From contig CALXVN010000002.1 in NCBI GenBank assembly GCA_944392085.1, forward strand, positions 1 to 41,795: 41,795 bases of DNA. The letters are read 5' to 3'. This DNA comes from an uncultured Clostridia bacterium (GTDB lineage Bacteria > Bacillota > Clostridia > TANB77 > CAG-508). Positions 10,307-21,389 of this stretch are shown here, piece by piece; position 1 is the stretch's first letter; every line of letters begins with the position of its first letter. The position numbers and the translations under genes are program-made. A model generated the notes under the pieces. It worked only from the letters and a program-made list of their open reading frames with translations. It searched no databases and was not told where the DNA came from.

Positions 10307-11417
10307 TTTAAAAAATAAAAATATCAAGAAATATTTAATTTTATCAATATTAACAATACTGATAGTAAATATAATAATAATTAGTAGTATGATGCTAGTT
10401 TTTAATAATGAAAAGAAAAATGTTATAAATAAATATGAAGTAGAAACCTTAAATCAGAGTTTTGCTATAAACGAAATTAATAACAAAATATATAAGTACA
10501 TTTACATATTAATAGGTACAAATATTTTAACATTATTTTTAATTACAATATATTATTTATTTTCACTAAATAATAATGAAAGAGAAGTAAAAAATATAAG
10601 AAAATATCTACAGGAACTTTATGAAAAAAATTATAATGTAGATATACAAAATATTTCTGAAAGCGAATTTAGCAATTTAAAAAGCGAGATATATAAAATT
10701 GTATTAGAATTAAAAGAAAAATCTGAAAATTTAGCAAATGATAGAGAAACTCTTTCTAATTATTTAGCAGATATATCACACCAAATTAGAACTCCTCTCA
10801 TGGCAATAACTGCGATGACTGATGCTATAATTGAAAATGAAGATAATTTAGATAATGACACAAAAAAGTTTATATTTGAAATTTCAAGTCAATTAAATCA
10901 GATTAATTGGCTTGTGGATAATTTATTAAAAATGGCACAATTAGATACTAAAACTATCACTATGAAACAAGAACAGATAGATGTAAAAGAATTGTTTAGT
11001 ACAATTCAAAAAAATATGAACATTTTTCTAGAACAAAAAAATCAAAGTTTAATTATTAATGTAAAAGAAAATATTAATGTTTATATAGATAAAAAGTGGA
11101 TGATTGAAGCTATTGAAAATATATTAAAGAATTGTATAGAACATTCAAAAGAAAATTCTAAAATAGAAATAGAATGCATAAAAAATCCATTGTATACAGA
11201 AATACAAATAAAGGATGAAGGAACTGGAATATCAAAAAAAGATTTGCCTAAAATTTTTGATAAGTTTTATAAAGGCAAAAATTCTAGTAGCAATAGCTTT
11301 GGAATAGGATTATCACTTGCTAAAAGCATTATAGAAAATCATAATGGAGAGATTTCAGTAGAAAGTGAAGAAAATAAAGGAACGAGGTTTATAATTAAAT
11401 TGTATAATGTTAGATAA
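10290..11417 (+). CDS. Sensor histidine kinase (HisKA + HATPase_c)
   Basis: Two N-terminal TM segments, H-box LADISHQIRTPL, N-box and G-boxes (DEGTGI, GIGLSLAK). Overlaps the regulator gene by 17 nt. Confidence 0.92.
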   Translation: MQIINSLKNKNIKKYLILSILTILIVNIIIISSMMLVFNNEKKNVINKYEVETLNQSFAINEINNKIYKYIYILIGTNILTLFLITIYYLFSLNNNEREVKNIRKYLQELYEKNYNVDIQNISESEFSNLKSEIYKIVLELKEKSENLANDRETLSNYLADISHQIRTPLMAITAMTDAIIENEDNLDNDTKKFIFEISSQLNQINWLVDNLLKMAQLDTKTITMKQEQIDVKELFSTIQKNMNIFLEQKNQSLIINVKENINVYIDKKWMIEAIENILKNCIEHSKENSKIEIECIKNPLYTEIQIKDEGTGISKKDLPKIFDKFYKGKNSSSNSFGIGLSLAKSIIENHNGEISVESEENKGTRFIIKLYNVR

Positions 11418-11470
11418 AAAATAATAGCAATAATTTTGGTATAATATCAAATTTGTTGCTATTATTTTTT
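11418..11470 (+). terminator. Rho-independent terminator after the kinase gene
   Basis: aaaataatagcaa (11418-11430) pairs with ttgctattatttt (11456-11468) and runs into a T-tract. Confidence 0.7.
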
Positions 11471-11565
11471 CAAAAGTCATTTTAAAGTCACTTTGTAGAG
11501 ATATAATAGATACAAAAGGAGGATAAGGTTGAAAAATAATTACAATTTTGGCGCCCACAAACTTC

Positions 11566-11614
11566 ATTTGAAATTTAATCAACGTACAGTAAGTACGCCT
11601 CATAAATTTCAAAT
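11566..11614 (+). promoter_or_regulatory. Compound hairpin / inverted repeat in the leader of the ABC operon
   Basis: The outer 11-bp arms atttgaaattt and aaatttcaaat enclose an inner stem, cgtac paired with gtacg. A 6x6 internal loop separates the two stems. Confidence 0.4.
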
Positions 11615-11682
11615 TCGTTTTCCTATCCAAAATTTAATTCTTTTCCAACCAGTTTGTGCCTCAGGGAGGAATCAAATTGTTT

Positions 11683-12363
11683 ATGGAAATTTTAAAAGTT
11701 CAAAATATAATAAAAGAATATGCAAATGGAGATAAAAAGCTATATGCATTAAATGATGTTTCTTTTACAATAGAACAAGGAGAATTTGTAGCAATAGTTG
11801 GTGCATCTGGCAGTGGTAAGTCTACACTTCTTCATATTTTAGGAGGAATTGATAAACCTACAAATGGAAAAGTATATATTAATGGAACTGATATTTCATC
11901 TCTAAAAAAGGATAAGTTAACAATTTTTAGAAGGAGAAATATTGGAATAGTGTATCAATTCTATAATTTAATACCTACATTAAATGTAGAAGATAATATA
12001 ACTCTACCAATTTTGTTAGATAATAAACACATAAATAAAGAAAAATTAAATAAGTTAATTAATCTTCTTGGGCTAGAAAACAGAAGAACAGCATTACCAT
12101 CAGAATTATCAGGCGGGGAGGAGCAAAGAGTTTCTATTGGTAGAGCTTTAATAAATGAGCCTGCTATTGTTTTAGCAGATGAGCCAACAGGAAATCTAGA
12201 TAGCAAATCTTCAAAAGAAATTGTAGATATATTTAAGTATTATAATAAAGCATATAAGCAAACTTTAATAATGGTTACTCATGATGAAAAAATTGCTTTA
12301 CAAGCAGATAGAATAATTGAAATTAGGGATGGAAAAATAATAAAGGATGATAAGAATATCTAG
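11683..12363 (+). CDS. ABC transporter ATP-binding protein (MacB/FtsE-like)
   Basis: Walker A GASGSGKST, signature LSGGEEQR, Walker B VLADEPTGNLD. The in-frame TTG at 11677 is an alternative start. Confidence 0.93.
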   Translation: MEILKVQNIIKEYANGDKKLYALNDVSFTIEQGEFVAIVGASGSGKSTLLHILGGIDKPTNGKVYINGTDISSLKKDKLTIFRRRNIGIVYQFYNLIPTLNVEDNITLPILLDNKHINKEKLNKLINLLGLENRRTALPSELSGGEEQRVSIGRALINEPAIVLADEPTGNLDSKSSKEIVDIFKYYNKAYKQTLIMVTHDEKIALQADRIIEIRDGKIIKDDKNI

Positions 12364-12384
12364 ATTGGAAAAGAGGAAAATTGA

Positions 12385-14973
12385 ATGGGAGTAGCTTTAA
12401 AATTAGGAATAAATTATTTAAAAAATAATAAAAAGAGAACTTTTATTATATCTTTATGCATTCTGATATCTACAATTCTTATTACAACTATTTTGTTATT
12501 TCTTGATAGTTACAAAGAATATAGAATTACAGTAGAAAGAAATAATAGTAATTGGGAAGTATCATATAATGGAATAACTTATGAAGAATCATGTACTATA
12601 GAAAAACATAGTAATGTAAAAGAAATTTCTGTAATGCGTGAGATGGGAAGTGCTAAAAGTATAAATGAAGGCAGAAATCTAAAATATACTATTATTGGAT
12701 TTGACAAAAATGCCATGAAAAATTTAATAAATAATAACTTAATGCAAGGTAGACTTCCAGAAAATTCTACTGAAGTGATTTGCCAAAACGGTGTTTATAA
12801 AATAGGTGATAAATTAATTCAAACTCTTGAAAACGGTGAGAACAAAGAATACACAGTAGTAGGAACTATTTTGTATAGTGATTTTATAGACTCATTTCAG
12901 GTTATAACTTTATTAGATAGAGCAGAACTAAAAAATAGTGATATCGTAAATATTACAGTTTTAAGTAATAATATTAAGCAAATATATGATGATTATTTTG
13001 ATATATATTATCAGCTAAGTTCATATAGAAATCAAAATGGTTCTTCTTTAGAAGATATGACTAGATATAATGAAAATTTGTTAGAATATGAAGGAGTATT
13101 AGATTATGTATCTAACTTTCAAAAAGGAATATACACAGTAGAGGGAATCTTTATAGGAATAGTAGTAATAAGTTCTATGATATTTATTTATTCTGTTGTA
13201 AATATTAGTATAATAGAAAGAAAAAAGTATTTTGGAATATTAAAATCAATAGGAACAACATCAAAGCAAATGCGAAGAAGTATTAGAGCAGAATTATTTA
13301 TTATATTACTTAGTGTAATTCCACTTGGAGTATTAATAGGAATTGGCTTAGACAGCTTACTAATAACGGTTGTAAATAACATATTTCCAGATTTATCTAC
13401 GTCTAATGATGGTATTTTACGAATTTTTCAGGTAAAAGAAGAAATGAATGTAGCAATTCCACTTAGCACATTAGGACTTTCTATAATAATTATAGTTTTA
13501 GCAACATACTTATCATCAGTAGTTCCTATTAAGAAGATATCTAAAATAGCAGCTATTAATTTAATAAAACAAAATAGGAAATGTGTACATATAAAGGAAA
13601 GGAAGTCTAAAGAAAAAATAATAGAAAAACATATAGAAAGAAAGTTGGCATTTAAAAATATAGAAAGATATAAATCAAGGTATACAGCTATAATAATGTC
13701 TTTAGTTATAAGCATCGCACTAATTATAGTAAGTAATTATTATATTACTAATATTGTAGAAAACGCTTATAGAGCAGAATATAATTATGAGATAAGTTTA
13801 AATTATAGAATAGATAAATATGGAGATTTAGCAGAAAAAATAATAGATGATATACAAGAAGCAAAAATAGCAGATAAAATTATTTTGAATTATACTACTA
13901 CAAAATCCTTATTAGTACCAATAGAAAAAATAAGTGATGAAGAAAAAGAATTAGGTAAGAAAATATATGGAGGAGATTACAAACTATACCCTCATTTTAG
14001 AGCTTTATATACAGAAGATTATACAGAAGTATTAAATGTAAGTTGCCTGCAGATAGATGTTGTTGAATTAAATGATGATGCTTTAAATAATTATTTTAAA
14101 AGAATTGGAATAGATAAGTTAGAAGATGATGAATGTATTTTAGTAGATTATTCAAATATAAAGACTAAATATTATAACAGTATTAAGTTTACTAATTATA
14201 AAGATGGCGATTTTCTAACAATAGGAAATGGTTCGTACGATATTTTAGAAAAAAATACTAATATCAAAGTAAAAAAAGTTACAAATCTTCTTCCGAGTAA
14301 TTTACCTTCAAGAATCTCAAATACTTTAATTATTGTAAATAGAGGAGTAGCAAATAAGATATATGATAGGATAAATGGACTTGAAGAAAATGAAAGAGAA
14401 TTTAATGCAGATAGTATAGCTCTTTGGGTTAAAGATACAGAAGAAGCGGATGTTTTAGTACAACAACTAAGAGAAAAATATAATTTAACCTCTGAACCAG
14501 CAGAAAGCGAAGAATTCATAGAGGAAAGAAGCTATGAAGGAAATGAAGATGCAATTAAATTAAATTTACTAATAAATATATTTATTTATAGCTTTATAGG
14601 AATAATTACTTTAGTGGGAATTATTAACATGTACAATACTATAAACAGTTCATTAGAAACTAAAAAAAGAGAAATAGTAAGATTAGTAACAATAGGAATG
14701 GAAGAAAAACAAATAAACAAAATGATATTTTTAGAGAATGCAATATGCTGTGTGCTTGCTTTAATACTAGGAATAGCAATAGGACTTTTAACATCATATG
14801 TATTATATTTCTTAAACATTGATTTTACTTGGTATGCTTTTGAAATTCCATGGGTTTCAGTAATAGTAAGTACTTTAGGAATAGCTATAATTGCCATTAT
14901 GTCTACACTTTATTTAAAGAAGAAAATTTTTGTAAATGATTTAATGGAAGTATTGAGAAAAGAAGAAATTTAA
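12385..14973 (+). CDS. ABC transporter permease, FtsX/MacB family (862 aa, two FtsX modules)
   Basis: N-terminal TM segment, an FtsX-like 4-TM block around LKSIGTTSKQMR, a large soluble insert, and a second FtsX block (RLVTIGMEEKQI). Confidence 0.88.
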   Translation: MGVALKLGINYLKNNKKRTFIISLCILISTILITTILLFLDSYKEYRITVERNNSNWEVSYNGITYEESCTIEKHSNVKEISVMREMGSAKSINEGRNLKYTIIGFDKNAMKNLINNNLMQGRLPENSTEVICQNGVYKIGDKLIQTLENGENKEYTVVGTILYSDFIDSFQVITLLDRAELKNSDIVNITVLSNNIKQIYDDYFDIYYQLSSYRNQNGSSLEDMTRYNENLLEYEGVLDYVSNFQKGIYTVEGIFIGIVVISSMIFIYSVVNISIIERKKYFGILKSIGTTSKQMRRSIRAELFIILLSVIPLGVLIGIGLDSLLITVVNNIFPDLSTSNDGILRIFQVKEEMNVAIPLSTLGLSIIIIVLATYLSSVVPIKKISKIAAINLIKQNRKCVHIKERKSKEKIIEKHIERKLAFKNIERYKSRYTAIIMSLVISIALIIVSNYYITNIVENAYRAEYNYEISLNYRIDKYGDLAEKIIDDIQEAKIADKIILNYTTTKSLLVPIEKISDEEKELGKKIYGGDYKLYPHFRALYTEDYTEVLNVSCLQIDVVELNDDALNNYFKRIGIDKLEDDECILVDYSNIKTKYYNSIKFTNYKDGDFLTIGNGSYDILEKNTNIKVKKVTNLLPSNLPSRISNTLIIVNRGVANKIYDRINGLEENEREFNADSIALWVKDTEEADVLVQQLREKYNLTSEPAESEEFIEERSYEGNEDAIKLNLLINIFIYSFIGIITLVGIINMYNTINSSLETKKREIVRLVTIGMEEKQINKMIFLENAICCVLALILGIAIGLLTSYVLYFLNIDFTWYAFEIPWVSVIVSTLGIAIIAIMSTLYLKKKIFVNDLMEVLRKEEI

Positions 14974-14981
14974 CCGTTTAT

Positions 14982-15023
14982 AATTACCAGTCAAATAGTA
15001 ATCTTTATATTTGGCTGGTAATT
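14982..15023. terminator. Bidirectional terminator between convergent genes
   Basis: aattaccagtcaaat (14982-14996) pairs with atttggctggtaatt (15009-15023). The 15-bp stem has one G-U pair. Confidence 0.75.
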
Positions 15024-15029
15024 TTATAA

Positions 15030-15573
15030 TTAAATCACAGTAGAAGTAGTTACAAAACTATCATCTGGAGGATACACATATTCATCTGTTGGCTCTACTA
15101 CTGTATTTATTTTTTCTATTTCAATTATAGGCATTGCTCCATAATAATCCCCTTTTGTTATTGTTCCCTCAATTTCTACCCAAGTTCCATCTTCAAAATT
15201 ACTAGCTATTTTTGAATGGCATAAAAAGCCAACTACAACTGTTTGAAAGTTGGATGAAACTATCATATCTCTTGCCAAAACAAATTGCTCTGTATTAAAA
15301 TCATACATTCTATACACATATCCAGTAAATTTTATTTTTTGCCCTACATATTTATCTATATCATTATGAACATTTTGAAGGACATTTGTATAGTTTCCGA
15401 GTAGTAAGTGTAAATGTGCTATTTGCTAAATATTCATCATTTGTTTTAAAGAAATTATTGAAAACAACCCTATAACATATAAACACAGTAAGAAGTAAAA
15501 CTATAATGCATAATATTCCCATGAATATTTTGTAAGTTCTATTTCCATTAATTTTAAAATTGAAAATAAACAT
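15030..15573 (-). pseudogene. TM-anchored protein with DUF1980/TIGR03943-like C-terminal domain; reading frame broken into two pieces
   Basis: The N-terminal piece (15573-15364) ends ...FTLTTRKLYKCPSKCS*. Skipping one nt at the CGG codon (15399-15397) gives ...FTLTT-GNYTNVLQNVHNDIDKYVGQKIKFTGYVYRMYDF..., which joins the 15317-15030 ORF. The NY..L..I....KY.G..I...G.VYR pattern is typical of this family as I recall it. Confidence 0.55.
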
Positions 15574-15772
15574 ATATATAACTCCTTAAATTGTTATTAA
15601 TATATTTGTATGAGAAATATAGATAAAATATGAATTGGAAATTTAAGAAAATATTGACATACGAACAAATGTACTGTAAAATATAAATACTAGTTCAAAA
15701 ATAATAAATATAATTTATAAATTCTAATTAAATATACCAATAACTAAATTTTATAGTAAAGGACGTGTTCTT

Positions 15773-16714
15773 ATGGAAAAAAAGAATGAAATTATTTTAT
15801 TTGAAAACCAAGGAGTAAAGTTAGAGGTAAACCTAAAAGAAGAAACCGTGTGGCTTACACAAGCTCAAATGGAAGAATTATTTGATGTAAAACATGCAAC
15901 AATAAGTGAGCATATTAATAATATTTTTAAAGAGAGGGAGCTTGATGAAAAAACTTCTGTCGGAATTTCCGACAAAAGTACAGGCGGTAGAAAATCAAAA
16001 ATATATAATTTAGATGTAATTATTTCTGTGGGATACAGGGTAAAATCTAAAAATGGTGTAATTTTTAGAAAATGGGCCACTCAGGTTTTGAAAGACTATA
16101 TGTTAAAAGGATATGCTATAAATCAAAAAAGATTAGAATATTTAGAGAAAACTATAAAATTAATAGATATAGCCAATAGAATTGATGAAAGACTAGAAAA
16201 TAATGATGCAAAAGAAATATTAAAAGTAATTGGAGAATATTCAAAAGCATTAGATTTATTGGATGATTATGATCATAAAACGTTAAAGAAAATAAACGGT
16301 AATACAGATGATAGAAAAATTAAATATAATGAATGTATAGAAATTATAAATAAATTAAGATTTAATGAAGAAAGTTCATTATTTGCAGTAGAAAGAGATA
16401 GAGGTTTAGAATCAATAATTGGCAATATATATCAAAGCTTTTCAGGACAAGATATTTATAAAAGCATAGAAGAAAAAGCTGCAAATTTCTTATATTTAAT
16501 AGTAAAAAATCATGTGTTTACAGATGGAAATAAAAGAATAGCGGCCACTTTATTTATATATTTTTTGAATTTTTATGGAATTTTATATAAAAATGGCCAA
16601 CAAACAATTGATAATAATACTTTAACAGCTTTAACCTTATTAATAGCTGAATCAAATCCAAAAGAAAAAGATATAATTATAGATTTAGTTATGAATTTCC
16701 TAAACAATGATTAA
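15773..16714 (+). CDS. RhuM-family / Fic-DOC domain protein
   Basis: RhuM-like N-terminus (IILFENQGVKLEV...WLTQAQMEELF...ISVGYRVKS..G..FRKWAT.VLK.Y..KGY). C-terminal Fic motif HVFTDGNKRIAA. Confidence 0.85.
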   Translation: MEKKNEIILFENQGVKLEVNLKEETVWLTQAQMEELFDVKHATISEHINNIFKERELDEKTSVGISDKSTGGRKSKIYNLDVIISVGYRVKSKNGVIFRKWATQVLKDYMLKGYAINQKRLEYLEKTIKLIDIANRIDERLENNDAKEILKVIGEYSKALDLLDDYDHKTLKKINGNTDDRKIKYNECIEIINKLRFNEESSLFAVERDRGLESIIGNIYQSFSGQDIYKSIEEKAANFLYLIVKNHVFTDGNKRIAATLFIYFLNFYGILYKNGQQTIDNNTLTALTLLIAESNPKEKDIIIDLVMNFLNND

Positions 16715-16847
16715 AACTTAATAAATTGAAAAATATAGATATTGTAACGTAAATTGACTAAAATTCATTTAAATAGGTTGCCAATTTTCTAAAAAAGTGA
16801 TATAGTATGATAGAAATTTAATAAACAGTAGGAAGGAAGAAAAAACA

Positions 16848-19592
16848 ATGGGATTATTTAAAACATATAGCGAAAAAGAAGTAAAAAGAGTTCAGCCATT
16901 AGTAAAGAAAATTAATGAATTAGAGCCAGATATGCAAAAATTATCTGATAAAGAATTAAGAGAAAAAACAGATGAATTTAAAGGAAGATTAGAAAAAGGA
17001 GAAACTTTAGATGATTTATTACCTGAAGCTTTTGCGGTAGTTAGAGAAGCAGCAAAAAGAGTTTTAGGAATGAGACATTTTGATGTGCAATTAATAGGTG
17101 GAATTATACTTCATCAAGGTAGAATTGCTGAAATGAAAACTGGTGAAGGTAAAACATTAGTTGCAACATTGCCTGTATATTTAAACGCTCTTACAGGAAA
17201 AGGAGTTCACGTAATTACAGTAAACGATTACCTAGCTAAAAGAGATAGTGAATGGATGGGTAAAGTATATAAATTCTTAGGACTAACAGTAGGCTTAGCT
17301 ATAGCAGGAATGAACCCTTCTGAAAAACAAAAAGCATATGCTTGTGATGTAACATATGGAACAAATAACGAGTTTGGATTTGATTACCTAAGAGATAATA
17401 TGGTTATATATAAAGAACAATTAGTTCAAAGAAAATTAAATTATGCAATCGTGGACGAGATTGATAGTATTTTAATTGATGAAGCTCGTACACCACTTAT
17501 TATTTCTGGTAGAGGAGCTCAATCTTCTGACCTTTACAAAAAAGCTGATAACTTTGTAAGAAAACTATCTGCAAAAGTTATAGTAGAAGAAGATGTAAAG
17601 GACTTTGAACAAGCAGAGGATAATGAAAAATATGATTACATAGTTGACTTAAAAGCAAAATCTGCATCATTAACACAAAAAGGTATTAAAAAAGCTGAAG
17701 AAGAATTTGGTTTAGAGAACTTCAATGATATTGAAAACTCTGAACTAGTACATAATGTAAATCAAGCATTACGTGCACATGGAATTATGAAAAAAGATAT
17801 AGACTATATTGTAAAAGATGGTGAAGTTTTAATAGTTGATGAATTTACAGGACGTATTATGTATGGAAGAAGATACAACAATGGTTTACATCAAGCTATT
17901 GAAGCAAAAGAACATGTAAAAATAGCTGATGAATCTAAAACTTTAGCTACAATTACATTCCAAAATTATTTTAGAATGTATGATAAATTATCTGGTATGA
18001 CTGGTACAGCTATGACAGAAGAAGCAGAATTTGAAGAAATATACAAGTTAGATGTTGTAGAAATACCAACAAACAAGCCAATGATTAGAAAAGATAATCC
18101 AGATATAATATATAAAAATGAAAATGCTAAATTTAGAGCAGTTATTGAAGATATAAAAGAAAGCCACAAAAAAGGACAACCTGTTCTAGTTGGTACAGTA
18201 TCAATAGAAAAATCAGAAAAACTAAGCAAAATGCTTGATAAAGAAGGAATTAAGCATGAAGTATTAAATGCTAAATCTCATGAAAAAGAAGCAGCTATAG
18301 TTGCTCAAGCTGGTAAATTTGGAGCTGTTACAATAGCTACAAACATGGCTGGTCGTGGTACTGATATTATGCTTGGAGGAAATAGCGAATTCTTAGCAAA
18401 ACAAGAAATGAAAAGATTAAGATATACTCCAGAGCAAATAGAACAATCTACTGCATTTAATGAAACTGATAATGAGGAAATATTAGATGCTAGAAAGAAA
18501 TATAAAGAGTTAGAAGAAAAATTTGATAAAGAAATTAAAGAGGAAAAAGAAAAAGTTTTAGCTGTTGGTGGATTAAAAATAATTGGTACAGAAAGACATG
18601 AATCAAGAAGAATTGACAACCAGTTAAGAGGACGTAGTGGACGTCAAGGAGATCCAGGTGAATCAAGATTCTATATTGGCTTAGATGATGATTTAATGAA
18701 AATCTTTGGTGGAGATATGATTACTAAAGTATTTAATACTTTAGGCGCAGATGAAAATATGCCAATTGAAGCTAAAATGATTTCTAAAGCAGTTGAGAAC
18801 GCTCAAAAGAAGGTTGAAGGACGTAACTTTACTATAAGAAAGAATGTACTTCAATATGATGATGTTATGAATACTCAAAGAGAAATTATCTACAAACAAA
18901 GAAGAGAAGTTCTAGATGGGGAGAACTTAAAGTCAAGTATTGAAAATATAATAAACAATGTAGCTACAGAAACAGTAAATGCCTATGTTACAGATGATGG
19001 AGTTAATAAAGAAGCTTTATCTCAAGAAATATCTACAACATTTGGAATTACAGATATAAAATCTCTTGAAGATACAAAGGTAGATAGCAACAAGGTAATA
19101 GAGGAAGTAAAAGAAAAAGCCCACAACAAATATGAAGAAAAGGAAAAAGATTTTGGTGAAAAGACTTTAAGGGAACTTGAAAGAGTTGTAATGCTAAAAA
19201 TAGTTGATGAAAGATGGATGGACCATATAGATGCAATGGATGAATTAAAAGATGGTATTGGACTTCGTGCTTATGGTCAAAAGGATCCAGTTGTTCAATA
19301 TAGAATTGAAGGATTTGATATGTTTGATCAAATGATAGCAGATATTCAATTAAATGTAGTTAAAATTCTTATGAATGCAAGAAAGAGAGAAGGAGCACTT
19401 AATAGACAAGAATCTGTAAAAATAACAGGAGAAGGATTTGAAGATGAAACTATTTCATTAAAAGGAAGTGCACCATCAGGAGAAAAAAATCATACTCCTA
19501 TAGTTAATACAGAACCTAAAATAGGAAGAAATGAAATGTGCCCATGTGGAAGTGGAAAAAAGTATAAAAATTGCTGTGGAAGAAATGCTTAA
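16848..19592 (+). CDS. secA: Preprotein translocase ATPase SecA
   Basis: MKTGEGKTL Walker [31 protein letters not shown], and the C-terminal zinc motif [14 protein letters not shown]. Confidence 0.98.
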   Translation: MGLFKTYSEKEVKRVQPLVKKINELEPDMQKLSDKELREKTDEFKGRLEKGETLDDLLPEAFAVVREAAKRVLGMRHFDVQLIGGIILHQGRIAEMKTGEGKTLVATLPVYLNALTGKGVHVITVNDYLAKRDSEWMGKVYKFLGLTVGLAIAGMNPSEKQKAYACDVTYGTNNEFGFDYLRDNMVIYKEQLVQRKLNYAIVDEIDSILIDEARTPLIISGRGAQSSDLYKKADNFVRKLSAKVIVEEDVKDFEQAEDNEKYDYIVDLKAKSASLTQKGIKKAEEEFGLENFNDIENSELVHNVNQALRAHGIMKKDIDYIVKDGEVLIVDEFTGRIMYGRRYNNGLHQAIEAKEHVKIADESKTLATITFQNYFRMYDKLSGMTGTAMTEEAEFEEIYKLDVVEIPTNKPMIRKDNPDIIYKNENAKFRAVIEDIKESHKKGQPVLVGTVSIEKSEKLSKMLDKEGIKHEVLNAKSHEKEAAIVAQAGKFGAVTIATNMAGRGTDIMLGGNSEFLAKQEMKRLRYTPEQIEQSTAFNETDNEEILDARKKYKELEEKFDKEIKEEKEKVLAVGGLKIIGTERHESRRIDNQLRGRSGRQGDPGESRFYIGLDDDLMKIFGGDMITKVFNTLGADENMPIEAKMISKAVENAQKKVEGRNFTIRKNVLQYDDVMNTQREIIYKQRREVLDGENLKSSIENIINNVATETVNAYVTDDGVNKEALSQEISTTFGITDIKSLEDTKVDSNKVIEEVKEKAHNKYEEKEKDFGEKTLRELERVVMLKIVDERWMDHIDAMDELKDGIGLRAYGQKDPVVQYRIEGFDMFDQMIADIQLNVVKILMNARKREGALNRQESVKITGEGFEDETISLKGSAPSGEKNHTPIVNTEPKIGRNEMCPCGSGKKYKNCCGRNA

Positions 19593-19612
19593 AACAATCG
19601 AGTATAAAAAAT

Positions 19613-19670
19613 ACTAAGAACTCAATAACCATTCGAGTGTTATCTCGATATTAGTTATTGAGTTCTTAGT
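19613..19670. terminator. Long hairpin between secA and the small minus-strand gene
   Basis: A 17-bp perfect stem, actaagaactcaataac (19613-19629) with gttattgagttcttagt (19654-19670). The loop contains a nested tcgag/ctcga stem. Confidence 0.75.
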
Positions 19671-19680
19671 TTAGATCAAT

Positions 19681-19872
19681 TTATATATCTAAATGGTAAT
19701 ACGTTGTTACCTCATTACCATCTTTATCTTTGGTTTTCTTGGATTTCCATACTGGCTTCCATGGATATATACATTTTACTACAAATAGTAAAATTAATAA
19801 TCCAATTACCAGCCAAATCCAGAACGGGTCTACATCAAGAAGTTGGGAAATTTCCCGAATTTTTTCTAGCAT
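19681..19872 (-). CDS. Small membrane protein (63 aa) between secA and prfB
   Basis: AGGAGGG RBS 7 nt upstream of the ATG. One TM helix (FWIWLVIGLLILLFVV). Contains an intact in-frame CGG at 19855-19857. Confidence 0.65.
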   Translation of the reverse strand: MLEKIREISQLLDVDPFWIWLVIGLLILLFVVKCIYPWKPVWKSKKTKDKDGNEVTTYYHLDI

Positions 19873-20062
19873 AGCAAACCCTCCTAAAAAGATTATAAAA
19901 TAATTATATTACTTTTTGAAAATTATGTCAACACGTAATGCGTTATTGACTTATTACTAATATATTAATATAATAATAATCAATAGTTTTAGAAGGTAAT
20001 ATATACTCCTTTACAACTAAAAATATTATGATATAATATAGCAAAAACAAGGAAGTGATAAA

Positions 20063-21165
20063 TTGATAGATTTACAAGAAATAACTTTAAAATTAGAAAA
20101 ATTAAATGAAAAATTAACAAAAATAGGTGATTCACTTTGACATTACTAATTTAGAAAACGAGTTATCTACATTAGAAAAACAAACAACTGAAAATAATTT
20201 TTGGGAGGATTCTAAAAATAGTTCTAAAGTTTTGAAAAGAATTACCGAAATAAAAAATAAAATAGAACAATATAAAAAAGTACATAATGAACTTAAAAAC
20301 CTTATTGAATTAAATGAATTACTAAAACAAGAAAATGATGAGGACTTAGAAAAAGATTTAGAAAATCGGTATAAGTTTAGTAGAAAAAGAAATAGAAAAA
20401 TTAGAAATTGCTACATTACTTTCTGGAAAATATGACATAAATAATGCCATTATAACATTACATCCAGGCGCAGGAGGTACAGAAGCTCAAGATTGGGTTG
20501 AAATGCTATATAGAATGTATACTAGATGGGCAAATGCTAATGGATACAAAATAGAAGAACTTGACTATATAGATGGAGATGAAGCAGGAATTAAAAGTGT
20601 TACATTTTCAGTTTCTGGAGATTATGCTTATGGATATTTAAAAGGAGAACAAGGAGTTCATAGATTAGTTAGAATTTCACCTTTTGATGCAGGGGGGAGA
20701 AGGCATACATCTTTTGCATCTGTTGAAGTTTTACCAGAAATTACTGAAGATATTGAAATAGACATTAATCCAGATGATTTAAGAATAGATACATATAGGT
20801 CTTCAGGAGCAGGTGGTCAACATATAAATAAAACATCATCTGCTGTAAGAATAACACATATACCAACTAATATAGTAGTAGCATGTCAAACAGAAAGATC
20901 ACAAATCCAAAATAGAGAAACAGCTATGAAAATGCTAAAGTCAAAGTTATTGCATATAAAGGAACAGGAACACAAAGAAACAATAGATGAATTAAAAGGC
21001 GTACAAATGGATATTGCATGGGGAAGTCAAATACGCTCATATGTATTTTGCCCATATACTTTAGTAAAAGATCATAGAACAAATTATGAAGTTGGCAATG
21101 TACAAGCAGTAATGGACGGAGACTTAAATGGATTTATTGATAGCTACTTGCGAAGTTTAGTTTGA
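20063..21165 (+). CDS. prfB: Peptide chain release factor 2, with the canonical programmed +1 frameshift plus a second unexpected +1 frame break
   Basis: TTG start with RBS ggaagtga. Frame 0 gives [25 protein letters not shown] then UGA. The +1 frame gives [24 protein letters not shown]... The C-terminal piece carries [12 protein letters not shown] and the [11 protein letters not shown] (GGQ) motif. A further +1 shift is required at about 20367 (see findings). Confidence 0.9.
20125..20141 (+). promoter_or_regulatory. prfB: prfB programmed +1 frameshift cassette
   Basis: An SD-like AGGUGA at 20125-20130 is followed by the 4-nt spacer UUCA. The slippery/stop element CUU UGA C sits at 20135-20141. 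Confidence 0.9.
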
Positions 21166-21389
21166 TTTTAGCTAAAACTAAATTTTGCTATACAACTCTT
21201 TCAAATACATGGAAAAAGAAAATGTCCAAATACCAACAAGATGGAACGGGTATATGTGCAATATAATAATGATATATATAATTTAAAAATAATAAAGTAA
21301 CTAAACTTAGCAAAGCATAATAAAATATATAAAGGCAAAATATAACTATATTTAAGCCTTATACATTTACAAAGAAGGACTGTTTAATA

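Noticed and set aside
11355-11735. ORFs 11355-11630 (minus strand) and 11529-11735 (plus strand) in the kinase/ABC intergenic region
   Set aside because: They overlap a terminator and the start of the ABC gene, have no RBS, and are better explained as a regulatory leader.
5751-19236. Other antisense ORFs from the track (5751-6005, 8403-8690, 9099-9503, 11961-12206, 13188-13715, 14196-14897, 15865-16080, 17966-18619, 19048-19236)
   Set aside because: All lie opposite well-supported genes and have the Ser/Leu/Ile/Phe-rich composition typical of AT-rich antisense frames.
20127-21165. Treating 20127-20435 and 20503-21165 as separate genes
   Set aside because: Both are pieces of one RF2 protein. 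The first starts at an artefactual GTG inside the frameshift cassette, and the second starts at an internal Met.
21166-21389. Lysine riboswitch (L-box) expected upstream of an aspartate kinase
   Set aside because: I looked for the GC-rich conserved L-box cores and found none. Only a weak 12-13 bp hairpin is present at about 21343-21372.
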